This document shows, piece by piece, positions 48,178 to 58,204 of a stretch of DNA of 64,000 nt. The translations under genes and the position numbers were made by a program. Numbering within the stretch: position 1 is the first letter of the stretch; each line of letters begins with the position of its first letter. A model generated the notes under the pieces. The model ran no database searches. It saw only the letters and a list, made by a program, of their open reading frames with translations, and had not been told where the DNA came from. Source of the DNA: an uncultured Actinomycetes bacterium (GTDB lineage: Bacteria; Actinomycetota; Actinomycetes; Streptosporangiales; Streptosporangiaceae); assembly GCA_963781085.1 (NCBI GenBank), contig CAWAES010000048.1, positions 112,606 through 176,605 on the forward strand. The letters run 5' to 3'.

Positions 48178-49488
48178 ATGACTGAAGACGTACGGACCGG
48201 CCCGGTGTTCCGCCAGCCGGGCACGGTGCTCACCGACCACATCTTCACGGTGCCGCTCGACCACCAGGCACCGGACGGCGACCAGATCGAGGTGTTCGCC
48301 CGTGAGGTCGGGCCAGCCGGGCGGCGCGACGGCAGCGCCGGCCTGCCGTGGCTGGTCTACCTTCAGGGTGGTCCCGGGTTCGGCAGCCCGCGCCCCTTCG
48401 GCCGGGAGTCCTGGCTGAACCGGGCGCTGGACGACTACCGGGTGCTGCTGCTGGACCAGCGCGGCACCGGCCGGTCCACGCCGGCCTCCCGGCACACCCT
48501 GCCCCGGCTGGGCAGCCCCCGGGCGCAGGCTGACTACCTGGCCCATTTCCGGGCCGACTCGATCGCCCGAGACGCGGAGCTGATCCGGCGGCGGCTCCTC
48601 GGGGACGAGCCGTGGACGGTGCTGGGCCAGAGCTTCGGCGGCTTCTGCACGGTCAGCTACCTGTCCTTCGCGCCGGAAGGGGTCCGCGAGGCGCTGATCG
48701 GCGGCGGCCTGCCCGGCCTGGGGGCCACCGCCGACGACGTGTACCGGGTCACCTATCCGATCGTGGCGGAACGCAACCGGCGGCACTACGAGCGGTTCCC
48801 GGCGGACGCGGACCGGGCCCGGGCCGTGGCCCGCCATCTGGCCAGTCACGAGGTGATCATGCCGGGCGGCGGCCGGCTGACCGTGCCGGCCTTCCAGAGC
48901 CTGGGCCGGATGCTCGGCGCCTCCCGCGGCAGCGACACCCTGCACTACCTGCTGGAGGACGCGTTCGCCGGGGCGGTGCTGTCCGACGCGTTCCTGGCCC
49001 GCGCCGCGGCCGAGCTGTCCTTCGCCGAGGCGCCGCTGTACGCCCTGGTACACGAAGCGTGTTACGCCCAGGGGTCCGCGACCCGCTGGGCCGCAGACCG
49101 GATCATGGCCGAGTTCCCCGAATTCGACCCCGCCGCCGCCGTGGACGGGGACGTCACGTTCCTGTTCACCGGGGAGATGATCTACCCCTGGATGTTCGAC
49201 ACCGACCCGGTGCTGCGCCCGCTGCGGGACGCGGCGGCCGAACTCGCCCAGCGCGAGTCCTGGCCGCAGCTCTACGACCCGGCCCGGCTCGCGGCCAGCG
49301 ACGTGCCGGCCGCCGCCGCGGTCTACTACGAGGACATGTACGTGCCGCTGGCGCTGTCGGTGCCCACCGCCCGCGTGGTCCGCGGCCTGCGGCCCTGGAT
49401 CACGAACGAGTACCAGCACGACGGGCTGGGCAGCAGCAACGGCGCGGTGCTGGACCGGCTCATCGCGCTGGCCCGGGGCACGGCGTGA
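48178..49488 (+). CDS. alpha/beta hydrolase, prolyl aminopeptidase (S33) family
   Basis: LLLDQRGTGRSTP, GQSFGG nucleophile elbow. Start at MTEDVRTGPVF. Confidence 0.85.
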   Translation: MTEDVRTGPVFRQPGTVLTDHIFTVPLDHQAPDGDQIEVFAREVGPAGRRDGSAGLPWLVYLQGGPGFGSPRPFGRESWLNRALDDYRVLLLDQRGTGRSTPASRHTLPRLGSPRAQADYLAHFRADSIARDAELIRRRLLGDEPWTVLGQSFGGFCTVSYLSFAPEGVREALIGGGLPGLGATADDVYRVTYPIVAERNRRHYERFPADADRARAVARHLASHEVIMPGGGRLTVPAFQSLGRMLGASRGSDTLHYLLEDAFAGAVLSDAFLARAAAELSFAEAPLYALVHEACYAQGSATRWAADRIMAEFPEFDPAAAVDGDVTFLFTGEMIYPWMFDTDPVLRPLRDAAAELAQRESWPQLYDPARLAASDVPAAAAVYYEDMYVPLALSVPTARVVRGLRPWITNEYQHDGLGSSNGAVLDRLIALARGTA

Positions 49489-49548
49489 CGCCAGCCCCCG
49501 GCTTCGCCGGTCAGCCAGAACCCGCCGGGACAACTCGCCAGGATAAGT

Positions 49549-49566
49549 AGTTGCGATCAAGCAACT
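49549..49566. promoter_or_regulatory. inverted repeat AGTTGC-GATCAA-GCAACT just upstream of the MFS gene
   Basis: A low-GC palindrome 24 nt before GTG 49590. No cognate regulator gene is adjacent. Confidence 0.4.
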
Positions 49567-49589
49567 GATGCGAGGTAGCATGTATCAAC

Positions 49590-51611
49590 GTGTCGAGATT
49601 CGCTGATCGCAGCGGCGCCTCAGGCGCTGAGCCGCCGGGCCCCGGGCCATCCTCAAACGGGTCACCGTCCAACGGGTCGTCGGCCCACGCGAGCACGCTG
49701 AGCGGCCGCTCACGGGCGAACGGTAACGGCACCTCTGGCCCCGCCCGAAGCGCAGGCAGCAACGGCAGCGGCGCTGACAGCGCCGATCCCCGCTACCGGT
49801 GGATCGCGCTGTCCAACACCACGCTCAGCATGACGATGGCCACGATCGACGCCTCGATCGTGATCATCGCGATGCCCGCCATCTTCCGCGGCATCAAGCT
49901 CGATCCGCTCGCCCCGGGCAACGTCAGCTTCCTGCTCTGGATGATCATCGGGTACCTGCTGGTCACCGCCGTGGCGGTGGTCACCCTGGGCCGGCTCGGC
50001 GACATCTACGGCCGGGTGCGCATCTACAACCTGGGCTTCGTGGTCTTCACCCTGGCCTCGATCGCGCTGTCGCTGGACCCGCTGACCGGCAGCGGCGGCG
50101 CGCTGTGGCTGATCGGCTTCCGGCTGGTGCAAGCGCTCGGCGGGGCCATGCTGATGTCCAACTCGGCCGCGATCCTGACCGACGCGTTCCCGGCCGGCAA
50201 GCGCGGCATGGCGCTGGGCGTCAACCAGATCGCCGGGATCTCCGGCCAGTTCGTCGGGCTCCTGCTGGGCGGGCTGCTGGCCGCGATCGACTGGCGGCTG
50301 GTGTTCTGGGTGAACGTCCCGATCGGGATCGTCGGCACCATCTGGTCCTACAAGAGCCTGCGGGAGATCTCCACCACCCATAAGGCCAAGATCGACTGGT
50401 GGGGAAACGTCACGTTCGGCCTGGGCGCCACCGCACTGCTGGTCGCGATCACCTACGGGATCCAGCCCTACGGGGGGCATCCGACCGGCTGGATGAACCC
50501 GTGGGTGCTGGCCGGCCTGATCGGCGGCGCGGCGCTGCTCGTCGTGTTCTGCCTGATCGAGTCGCACATCGCCGAGCCCATGTTCCAGCTCGGCCTGTTC
50601 AAGATCCGGGCCTTCGCGGCCGGGAACCTGGCCAGCCTGCTCGGCTCGATCGCCCGCGGCGGGCTGCAGTTCATGCTGGTGCTCTGGCTGGCCGGGATCT
50701 GGCTGCCCTTGCACGGCTACAACTTCATCGACACGCCGCTGTGGGCGGGCATCTACATGCTGCCGCTGACCGCGGGGTTCCTGATCGCCGGGCCGATCTC
50801 CGGGACCCTGTCGGACAAGTACGGCCCGCGCCCGTTCGCCACGGCCGGCCTGCTGGTGGCCACCTGCGCGTTCATCGGCCTGATCATGCTGCCGCTGGTC
50901 TTCCCGTACTGGCTGTTCGCGACGATCATCTTCTTCAACGGGGTGGGCTCGGGCCTGTTCGCCTCGCCCAACACCTCCGCCATCATGAGCAGCGTCCCTG
51001 CCAGCCAGCGGGGCAGCGCGTCCGGCATGCGGTCCACGTTCCAGAACGCCGGCATGTCCCTGTCCATCGGCATCTTCTTCTCGCTGCTGATCGCCGGGCT
51101 GGCCAGCACCCTGCCGCGCGCGCTGATCCGCGGGCTGACCGCCCAGGGCGTGCCGCTGTCGGTCGCCAGCCAGGTCGGCCACCTGCCCCCGGTGAGCACG
51201 GTGTTCGCCGCACTGCTCGGTTTCAACCCGGTGCAGCACCTGCTGAAGCCGTCCGGGGTGCTCAGCCGGCTCCCGGCCCACAACGTGGCCACGCTGACCG
51301 GGAACCACTTCTTCCCCACGCTGATCGCCGCCCCGTTCCACCACGGCCTCGTCATCGTGTTCACCGCGGCGGCCCTCATGTCGTTCACCGGGGCGATGGT
51401 CTCGCTGCTGCGCGGCCGCCAGTTCTTCTACGACGACGCGACCGCCGGCGGCGGCGGGCTCCCGCAGCCCGCGCGGGCCTCCGCCGCCCCTGCCCCGTCT
51501 CCCGCCAGGAACACCATCAACGGCTCTAACGGAACCGGCCCCGCGCCGCGCCTCGCCCCAGATACCTCGGCCCCGGTGCCGGGCGCCGGAGGCGCGGGCC
51601 GCGCGGACTGA
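49590..51611 (+). CDS. MFS transporter, DHA2 (14-TM, EmrB/QacA-like) family
   Basis: Intact 673-aa ORF. Motifs: RWIALSNTTLSMTMATIDASIVIIAMP, GRLGDIYGR. About 14 hydrophobic segments, with disordered N- and C-tails. Confidence 0.9.
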   Translation: MSRFADRSGASGAEPPGPGPSSNGSPSNGSSAHASTLSGRSRANGNGTSGPARSAGSNGSGADSADPRYRWIALSNTTLSMTMATIDASIVIIAMPAIFRGIKLDPLAPGNVSFLLWMIIGYLLVTAVAVVTLGRLGDIYGRVRIYNLGFVVFTLASIALSLDPLTGSGGALWLIGFRLVQALGGAMLMSNSAAILTDAFPAGKRGMALGVNQIAGISGQFVGLLLGGLLAAIDWRLVFWVNVPIGIVGTIWSYKSLREISTTHKAKIDWWGNVTFGLGATALLVAITYGIQPYGGHPTGWMNPWVLAGLIGGAALLVVFCLIESHIAEPMFQLGLFKIRAFAAGNLASLLGSIARGGLQFMLVLWLAGIWLPLHGYNFIDTPLWAGIYMLPLTAGFLIAGPISGTLSDKYGPRPFATAGLLVATCAFIGLIMLPLVFPYWLFATIIFFNGVGSGLFASPNTSAIMSSVPASQRGSASGMRSTFQNAGMSLSIGIFFSLLIAGLASTLPRALIRGLTAQGVPLSVASQVGHLPPVSTVFAALLGFNPVQHLLKPSGVLSRLPAHNVATLTGNHFFPTLIAAPFHHGLVIVFTAAALMSFTGAMVSLLRGRQFFYDDATAGGGGLPQPARASAAPAPSPARNTINGSNGTGPAPRLAPDTSAPVPGAGGAGRAD

Positions 51612-52077
51612 CTCAGCGGCACTGACTCCAGCGGTACTGGCCCCGCCGCACTGGGTCAGCGGCCGAGGTACGCGGTGCTGTTCAGCGCGCAGCGCGGTGC
51701 GACGATCGGCCGCCCGGAGGGCTCCTCCCCGCTGGGCCGCCTCGCGCTGGAGATCACCCTGCACGGGATGCGGCCCGGCGACGCCCAGCAGGCCGCGGCC
51801 CGCGCGCGGGCAGATCTGCCCAGACCAGATCTGGCCTGACCGGGTCAGCCCCCCGAGCCCTCTTCACCGGATCAGCGCCGTTCACGCATCGTCACCAGCC
51901 GGCGGCCCCGCCGCGTTTACCGCGGCGCAACACGCTTTTACCTGACGTCAACATCGCGTGGCTAGCCTATTTTCGCTGATCGCGGCGGCCGGCGCAGGGG
52001 GGCATGCGCCCGGCCAGAAATTCCACCACCGAGCCCTGGGCTGATGTAGCGGCGACCTGAGCGAAAGGGCACGATAC

Positions 52078-53076
52078 ATGACGACAAACGTCCGGGAATG
52101 GTTCGAGCAGCGGTCATTTCGCCACGAGGACTTCGCCGCCCTGGGTACTGCCGGCCAGGCGCCGCGCGAGCTCAGCACGACCCTGATCTTCCCGGCCCGC
52201 AACGTGGCCGCGACCATAGGGCCGATCCTGGCCGAAGTGGCCCGGCTCAACGACCGGACCGGGCTGATTGACCAGGTCATGGTCGTCGACGCGGATTCGC
52301 CTGACGGGACCGCGGACATCGCCCGCGCCTGGGGCGCCGAGGTCTACTCCGAAAACGAGCTGCTGCCTGACTACGGCCGGGCCCAGGGCAAGGGCGACGC
52401 CATGTGGCGCAGCCTGTCCGCAGCCCGCGGTGACGTCGTCATGTTCGCGGACGCCGACACCAGCAACTTCCGTGAGCACTTTGTCTACGGCACGCTGGGG
52501 CCGCTGCTCACAATGCCGGACGTCCAGTTCACGAAGGCCGCTTACCGGCGTCCTTATACGGATGCGAGCCAATCAGTGGCGGACGGTGGGGGCCGCGTGA
52601 CCGAGCTCATGGCCAAGCCGCTGTTCAATTTCTTCTGCCCCGAACTCACCGGATTCGTGCAGCCGCTGGCCGGCGAGTTCGCTGCGTACCGTGACCTTCT
52701 GTGCGGCGTCCCGTTCCTCACCGGGTACGGGGTGGAGCTGGGCGTCATGGTTGACGTGCTGGAGGAGGCCGGCCTCGGCGCGATGGCCCAGGTCGATCTC
52801 GGGGCGCGGCAGAACCGGCATCAGCCGTTGTGGGACCTCAGCCTGATGAGCTCGGCCGTGCTGCGCGCGATGGCCAGCCGGGCGTCGCTGCCGCAGCGGG
52901 GGGCCTGTGCCCCTGGCCCCCCCGGGGTGCGGACACTGAGCCGGCCCGAGGTGTACCTTCACGCGGTGGCCACGGACTCCGGGCTGCGGCTGGACGAGCA
53001 CCTCAACGACCTGCACGAACGGCCCCCGCTGGCTCAGATCATGCCGTCCGAGCACGACCAGGAGACGGTCGCCTGA
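52078..53076 (+). CDS. gpgS: glucosyl-3-phosphoglycerate synthase (GT81)
   Basis: Colinear with mycobacterial GpgS as I recall it: IFPARN, VVDADSPDGT, GKGDAMWRSL, FADADTSNF, GGGRVTELMAKPL, QPLAGEFAAYRDLL, GYGVELGVMVD. Confidence 0.85.
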   Translation: MTTNVREWFEQRSFRHEDFAALGTAGQAPRELSTTLIFPARNVAATIGPILAEVARLNDRTGLIDQVMVVDADSPDGTADIARAWGAEVYSENELLPDYGRAQGKGDAMWRSLSAARGDVVMFADADTSNFREHFVYGTLGPLLTMPDVQFTKAAYRRPYTDASQSVADGGGRVTELMAKPLFNFFCPELTGFVQPLAGEFAAYRDLLCGVPFLTGYGVELGVMVDVLEEAGLGAMAQVDLGARQNRHQPLWDLSLMSSAVLRAMASRASLPQRGACAPGPPGVRTLSRPEVYLHAVATDSGLRLDEHLNDLHERPPLAQIMPSEHDQETVA

Positions 53077-53088
53077 CCGGGTGCCGGG

Positions 53089-53898
53089 TTACCGGGCCGC
53101 AGGGCTGGCGGCCAGTGTGACGATCGTGAACGCGGCCCCCTGCGGATCGGTGATCACCGCGAGGCGCCCGGGCGGGGCGTCGGCCGGCGGCACCGCCACC
53201 TGGCCGCCCAGCTCGGCCGCCCGGGCCGCGGCCGCGTCGCAGTCTGCTACCGCGAAGTACACGACCCAGCGCGGCGCGACCCCGGCCGGCCAGTTCTCGT
53301 CCATGTGCACCATGCCGCCGACCGCGCGGCCGCCGAGCCGCCACTCGATGTAGGTCGTCGGGCCCATCTGGCTGGTCTCGGCCTCCCAGCCGAACACGCG
53401 CCCGTAGAACCGCGTGGCCGCCCCGGTGTCCCGGCAGGCCAGTTCGCTCCAGCAGAAGCAGCCCGGCTCGTTGACCGGCCCGCAGCCGGGAAAGGCGCCC
53501 GGCTGCCAGGCCCAGATCAAGGCGCCCTGATCGTCGGCGAACATGGCCATCCGGCCCTGGCCGTCCACGTCCAGCGGGGACACGATCACCTGCCCACCCG
53601 CGTCAGTGACCTTCGCCGCCGTCGCGTCGATGTCGGTCACGCTGACGTAGGTGTTCCAGGCGGCAGCCCGCCCCGCGGCCGGGCCCGGCATCATCGCGGC
53701 CACCACCCGGCCGGGAAAGTCCGGCGGCGCCGTCCCGGCCGGGGCGAAGAAGGTATAGGCCGCGTCCCCGCCGCCGGGCGCGGCGTACGACGCCCAGCCG
53801 AACAGGCCGGTGTAGAAGGACAAGGACGCGGCAGGCTCAGCCGTGGACAGGTCCACCCAGCACGGCGCGCCGGGCGGGTACTGGCTCATCACCGGCAT
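53089..53898 (-). CDS. two-domain VOC (glyoxalase/bleomycin-resistance fold) family protein
   Basis: PCWVDLSTAEPAASLSFYTGLFGW and FCWSELACRDTGAATRFYGRVFGW repeats, with GRMAMFADDQGA and GRLAVITDPQGA. Confidence 0.85.
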   Translation of the reverse strand: MPVMSQYPPGAPCWVDLSTAEPAASLSFYTGLFGWASYAAPGGGDAAYTFFAPAGTAPPDFPGRVVAAMMPGPAAGRAAAWNTYVSVTDIDATAAKVTDAGGQVIVSPLDVDGQGRMAMFADDQGALIWAWQPGAFPGCGPVNEPGCFCWSELACRDTGAATRFYGRVFGWEAETSQMGPTTYIEWRLGGRAVGGMVHMDENWPAGVAPRWVVYFAVADCDAAAARAAELGGQVAVPPADAPPGRLAVITDPQGAAFTIVTLAASPAAR

Positions 53899-54126
53899 CG
53901 CGGCTCCTCCCCTGGCCGGCGGGACCTTCCTGGCCTGGCCCCGGGGTCCTGGCCGTCGCGGTCAGTGCGGCTGCCGCCCTCTCCTGGCCCGCCACCATGG
54001 CCCCGCTGACCCTACATCCGCCCCGGGCCGGTGCGGCGGTCGTTGCGAGGCCGGTCCGCTGGGCGGGTGCGAGCCCGCGTCCGGCACGCGCTCGCCGGGG
54101 ACAGCCCGGGCGCGTACTCTTGCGAT

Positions 54127-54345
54127 GTGCCACGTTACGAGTACCGGTGCCGGTCCTGCGGATCGACGTTCGAGCAGACCCGGCCGATGAGCGAAGCGTC
54201 CGACCCGTCCCTGTGCCCGGAAGGTCACGACGACACGGTCAAACTGCTGTCCGCGGTCTCGGTCGGCGGCCGGGCCAGTTCGCCCGGGCCGCGCTCCGGT
54301 GGCGGTGGCGGTGGCTGCTGCGGCGGCGCGTGCGGCTGCGGCTGA
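54127..54345 (+). CDS. FmdB-family zinc-ribbon protein
   Basis: GTG start. VPRYEYRCRSCGSTFE...CPEGH..., with a Gly/Cys-rich tail. Confidence 0.8.
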   Translation: MPRYEYRCRSCGSTFEQTRPMSEASDPSLCPEGHDDTVKLLSAVSVGGRASSPGPRSGGGGGGCCGGACGCG

Positions 54346-54360
54346 CCCCGGGCCGCCCGC

Positions 54361-55147
54361 GTGCTTACCGCTGACCGCTACTACGCCGAAATTGCCGCCA
54401 GCACCGGGGCCCTGGGCGCGCTGGTCGACGGGGCCGACCTCACCCTGCAGGTGCCCACCTGCCCGGACTGGACGCTGCGGCAGCTCGCCACCCACGTCGG
54501 CCGGGTCCAGCGCTGGGCTGCTGAGATCGTCAGCACCCGGTCGGCCCAGGCCGGTCGACTTCCGCGACGTGCCCGACGGGCGGATCCCCGACGATCCGGC
54601 CGAGCGCGCCGGATGGCTGCGGGCCGGCGCGGGCCGGCTCGTCGCCGCGCTCGGCCAGGCCGGAGACGTCCCGGTCTGGGCGTTCGGCCGCCAGCGGCCA
54701 GCCTCGTTCTGGGCGCGGCGGATGACCAACGAGACCGCGGTGCACTGCGCCGACGCGCAGATCACCGTGAGTGGCGCACAGGAGCAGCCCGCCCCGCCCG
54801 CCATCGCCGCTGACGTGGCCGCCGACGGGATCGACGAATGGCTGACCGAGCTGACCGCGCCCGCCGACGGCCACCCTGACGAGCGCGCGGCCGGGCTCGC
54901 CGAAGGCGAGTCCCTGCATGTGCACGCGGCCGACGTGCCGGACGGCGCCGGCGAGTGGCTGGTCACCCACGACCCGGCCGGGATCACGGTGCGCCGGGTC
55001 CACGACAAGGGCACCGTCGCCCTGCGGGGCGGCGCGTCGGACCTGCTCCTGGTCTTGCTGCGGCGGCTCCCGCCCGACTCGCCGGGCGTCCACCTGCACG
55101 GCGACCCGGCCCTCTTGCGCCGCTGGCTGGACAACATCCAGTTCTAG
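54361..55147 (+). CDS. maleylpyruvate isomerase-family mycothiol-dependent enzyme (TIGR03083-like), apparent frameshift near 54540-54555
   Basis: VLTADRYYAEIAASTGALGALV...CPDWTLRQLATHVGRVQRWAAEIV, then a shift to ...FWARRMTNETAVHCADAQI...LLLVLLRRLP. Confidence 0.75.
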
Positions 55148-55158
55148 GGCGGCCTGCC

Positions 55159-55929
55159 CTATCGGGTCGTGCGCTGGCGGGCGGCCCGGAGCAGGCTCAC
55201 CAGGTCTGCGCGTTCGCCGGTGTCCAGGCACGCGTAGGCCATCCCGGCCAGGGCGTCGGTTCGCCGTCCGGCAGCGCGCAGGCGCTGCGTGTGCTCGCCG
55301 GAGACCGACGGGTGCGGCGGCTCCCACCCGTTGGCGGCGGCCTTGGCCAGGCCTGGGCCGGCCAGGATCGCCTCGAGCGGGGTCAGGCCTTCGGCGCTCA
55401 CGGCGAGCAGGTGCCCGCCGCCTCGGTGCTCACGGAGCCGGAGCAGGGCCAGGCCGGCCCGGGCCGCGGGGTCGCAGGCCGGGTCCGGCCAGGCACGCCA
55501 CGCGGCGAACAGCCCGCGGCTGGTGGCGTCGGCGGCGTCTACCACGCGCCCGGCCAGGTCGGCCAGCCGTTCGATCCCGGGCAGGCCGGCCAGGTGACGG
55601 CGGGCCCAGGTGACGCACAACCGGACGTCGTCGCTGACCAGTGCGGCTGGTTGGGCGGCGGCCAGCGCCGCCTGCCAGGCCGGGCGGACGAAGCCGGGTG
55701 CGAAGAACCCGCAGACCGCCGTGACGACATCCGCATCGACCGGGCCTAGCACCCCGGCGCGCGCTCCGAAGTAGAACGCCCAGGGATCAAGGCCCAGCCG
55801 CCGCCCGGTCTGGGCGAACGACGCCTCGTGCCCGAACGCCGCACCCACGTCGATGACCGGCCGGCTGGCCAGGCGGGCGGTCTCTGCTGGGGTCAGGGCA
55901 GGCTCGTTCCCGGTGGCCGTCATGGCCAT
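55159..55929 (-). CDS. conserved actinobacterial hypothetical protein (256 aa)
   Basis: Credible from MAMTATGNEPALTPAE... (M132 of the track ORF); the upstream part of that ORF is Arg/Pro junk. Confidence 0.6.
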   Translation of the reverse strand: MAMTATGNEPALTPAETARLASRPVIDVGAAFGHEASFAQTGRRLGLDPWAFYFGARAGVLGPVDADVVTAVCGFFAPGFVRPAWQAALAAAQPAALVSDDVRLCVTWARRHLAGLPGIERLADLAGRVVDAADATSRGLFAAWRAWPDPACDPAARAGLALLRLREHRGGGHLLAVSAEGLTPLEAILAGPGLAKAAANGWEPPHPSVSGEHTQRLRAAGRRTDALAGMAYACLDTGERADLVSLLRAARQRTTR

Positions 55930-55994
55930 GAGACTGGCAGGTGACCCGCGGCCCGGGCCAGGGCGGGACGGCCAGCAGCGACCCGCACCGTCAC

Positions 55995-56495
55995 TCAGGC
56001 CCGTTCGAGGAGGCCCTGCACGACCCGCCGGTGCCGGGACTCGATCGCCGCCCAGAGGCCCCGGGCGACGCGGTTGTCCAGTTGCACGACGGTGGCGTAG
56101 AGCAGCCCGCGCGGCGAGCGCTGGAAGATCAGTTCGCCGGAGAGCCCCAGGCGGCCGCAGGCGCCCAGGAGCACGGCGCCCGGGTCGCTGCGGCGGATCT
56201 CCCAGCCGAGCACGTGCCGGTCCGACTGCGCCGGGCCGAGTCGCAGGCCGAGCCCGGACCATCCCCGGGTGAGTGCGCGGCGCGTGCTCGCCGGGGCGCC
56301 TTCCAGGACTTCCCGGGCCCATTGCTCCGCCGTCCGGTCCTGGGCTAGCCCGGCGTCGACGAGGAACGCATCCTCGTAGTCGATACGGGCGAGGGTGCTG
56401 AGCTCCCGGACGCCCGGCGGCAGGACGGTCTGGCGCACCCGCCCGGGCGCCTCCGCGTGCCGGCCGCCGGGATATCTGCCTGCGTCAATGGTCAT
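55995..56495 (-). CDS. hypothetical protein (DUF2867-like?)
   Basis: Coherent composition. It is divergent from a TetR gene and shares the palindromic operator with it. Confidence 0.55.
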   Translation of the reverse strand: MTIDAGRYPGGRHAEAPGRVRQTVLPPGVRELSTLARIDYEDAFLVDAGLAQDRTAEQWAREVLEGAPASTRRALTRGWSGLGLRLGPAQSDRHVLGWEIRRSDPGAVLLGACGRLGLSGELIFQRSPRGLLYATVVQLDNRVARGLWAAIESRHRRVVQGLLERA

Positions 56496-56503
56496 GTCAG
56501 CCG

Positions 56504-56533
56504 CTCCATCCATACAGTAGTGTATGGATGGAG
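56504..56533. promoter_or_regulatory. perfect 13-bp inverted repeat, probable TetR operator
   Basis: CTCCATCCATACA-GTAG-TGTATGGATGGAG, between the divergent 55995..56495 and TetR genes. Confidence 0.7.
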
Positions 56534-57145
56534 GCTAGGCAGGCCCCTGGCGCGATGTCAAACGCCGCAGCGGCGGCAGGAGGAGGCAGACGACCGATGG
56601 CCGCCCCGACCCGCACTCCCCGGAGCGCGTGGGTCGAAGCAGGGCTGCGCGCGCTGGCCGCCGGCGGCCCGGACGCCGTCCGGGTCGAGCCGCTGGCCAA
56701 GACGCTCGGCGTCACCCGGGGCGGCTTCTACTGGCACTTCGCCGACCGGCGCGCGCTGCTCGACGAGATGCTCGACACGTGGGAGCGGGCCACCATTGAC
56801 GAGGTGATCGAACGGGTCGAAGGCCAGGGCGGCGGCCCGGAGGCTAAGCTGCTGCGGCTGTCCGGGCTCACGTCCCCCGGGGTGGTCGCGGTCGACCTGG
56901 CCGTCCGCGACTGGGCCCGGCACGACCACGCGGTGGCCGGGCGCCTCCGGCGGATCGACAACCGGCGGATGGACTACCTGCGCTCGCTGTTCGCCGCGCT
57001 CTGCCCGGACGCGGACGAGGTCGAGACCCGCTGCCTGCTGTACTACTCGCTGCTGATCGGCACCCACTTCATCGCGGCCGACCACGGCGCGCTCAGCCGC
57101 CAGGACGTGGTGAAGCTGGCCATCGCCCGGCTCGGGCCCCGGTAG
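56528..57145 (+). CDS. TetR-family transcriptional regulator
   Basis: AWVEAGLRALAAGGPDAVRVEPLAKTLGVTRGGFYWHF. The real start is probably M24 (56597). Confidence 0.9.
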   Translation: MEARQAPGAMSNAAAAAGGGRRPMAAPTRTPRSAWVEAGLRALAAGGPDAVRVEPLAKTLGVTRGGFYWHFADRRALLDEMLDTWERATIDEVIERVEGQGGGPEAKLLRLSGLTSPGVVAVDLAVRDWARHDHAVAGRLRRIDNRRMDYLRSLFAALCPDADEVETRCLLYYSLLIGTHFIAADHGALSRQDVVKLAIARLGPR

Positions 57146-57232
57146 CCCGCGGCCGTGACGCGCCGGCCGGGCCGCGCTGACCCGCGGCTTAACCGGTTGC
57201 GCGGGCGGCCTGGACCAGGGTCTGGTGGAGGC

Positions 57233-58172
57233 ATGCGGCAGCCTGTCGGGCTAGCGGAAGCGGCCGGGTTCCTGGCGGAGCGGTACGCGGGCCAGGCGCG
57301 GGACGTGGCGGAGCTCGGCGGCGGGGACTGGTCGCGGGCCTTTTCGTTCCGGCTCGAGGGGCGTGACCTGGTGGCCCGCTTCGGCCGCCACGGTGAGGAC
57401 TTCGCCCGGGACCAGCAGGCCATGGCGCTGTCCGGGCCGGATCTGCCCGTCCCGGACGTCCTGGAGACAGGCCGCGCGCTGGGCGGCGCGTACGCGGTCT
57501 CCGAGCGCCGGTTCGGGGTGTTCCTGGAGACCCTGGACGCGGCCCGGTGGCACCGGCTTCTGCCCGCGCTGCTGCGCGCGCTGGACGCCCTGCGCGGACG
57601 CGCCGCCGCTGGACGCCGGCGAGCGGGCGGTCGCGGGCGCTCGCGGCCCGGCAGGCGGCTGGCGGGAGCAGCTCATGGCCGAGCTCGAAGACCGTCCTGG
57701 CCAGCGGGTCTCCGGCTGGCGGGCGGTCCTGGCCAGGTCGGCGGAGCTGGACAGCCTCTTCGTCGCGGGTGAGCGCACGGTCAGCGGGCTGCTGGACGCC
57801 TGCCCGCAGACCCGCCACGTACTGCATCGCGACCTGCTCAACCGCAACGTCCTGGTGGCCGGGGACGGCTCCCGGCTCACGGCGGTCTTCGACTGGGGGT
57901 GCTACGGCCTGGGCGACTTCCTCTACGAAGTCGCCTGGTTCACGTTCTGGGCGCCCTGGCACGCCGGGCTGGCCGCGGCCGGCTTCCGGTCCGCGATCCT
58001 GCGGCACTACCAGGCCGCGGGCCTGGACGTTCCCCGGTTCGGCGAACGGCTGCGCTGCTACGAGCTGCACGTCGGCCTGACCCACCTGGCCTACTGCACG
58101 TTCACCGGCGACCCCGGCCGCGACCTGCCCTCGATCGCCCGGCGGACCCGCGAGATCCTCGGATCCGGATGA
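57233..58172 (+). CDS. aminoglycoside/choline-kinase-type phosphotransferase (APH family), apparent frameshift near 57590-57605
   Basis: MRQPVGLAEAAGFLAERYAG...LGGGDWSRAFSF, then a shift to ...HVLHRDLLNRNVLV...AVFDWGCYGLGDFLYE (HxDxxxxN and DWG motifs). Confidence 0.8.
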
Positions 58173-58204
58173 CGCGGCGGCTCACGGGACGGCCCGGCGG
58201 GACG

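Noticed and set aside
49710-51764. 684-aa minus-strand ORF opposite the DHA2 MFS transporter. There are similar long antisense ORFs at 61597..62739, 62902..63726, 53962..55137 and 46820..48181.
   Set aside because: They show the same Arg/Gly/Pro-rich junk composition. In each case the opposite strand carries a gene with recognisable family motifs.
51655-51840. Plus-strand protein-like stretch RYAVLFSAQRGATIGRPEGSSPLGRLALEITLHGMRPGDAQQAAARARADL with no start codon, downstream of the MFS gene.
   Set aside because: It is too short and has no recognisable family. It could be a gene remnant or chance, so it is not reported as a feature.
54299-54345. Gly/Cys-rich tail (GGGGGGCCGGACGCG) of the zinc-ribbon protein as a possible RiPP-like precursor.
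   Set aside because: This tail is, as far as I recall, a common feature of FmdB-family zinc-ribbon proteins in actinobacteria. No modification enzymes are adjacent.
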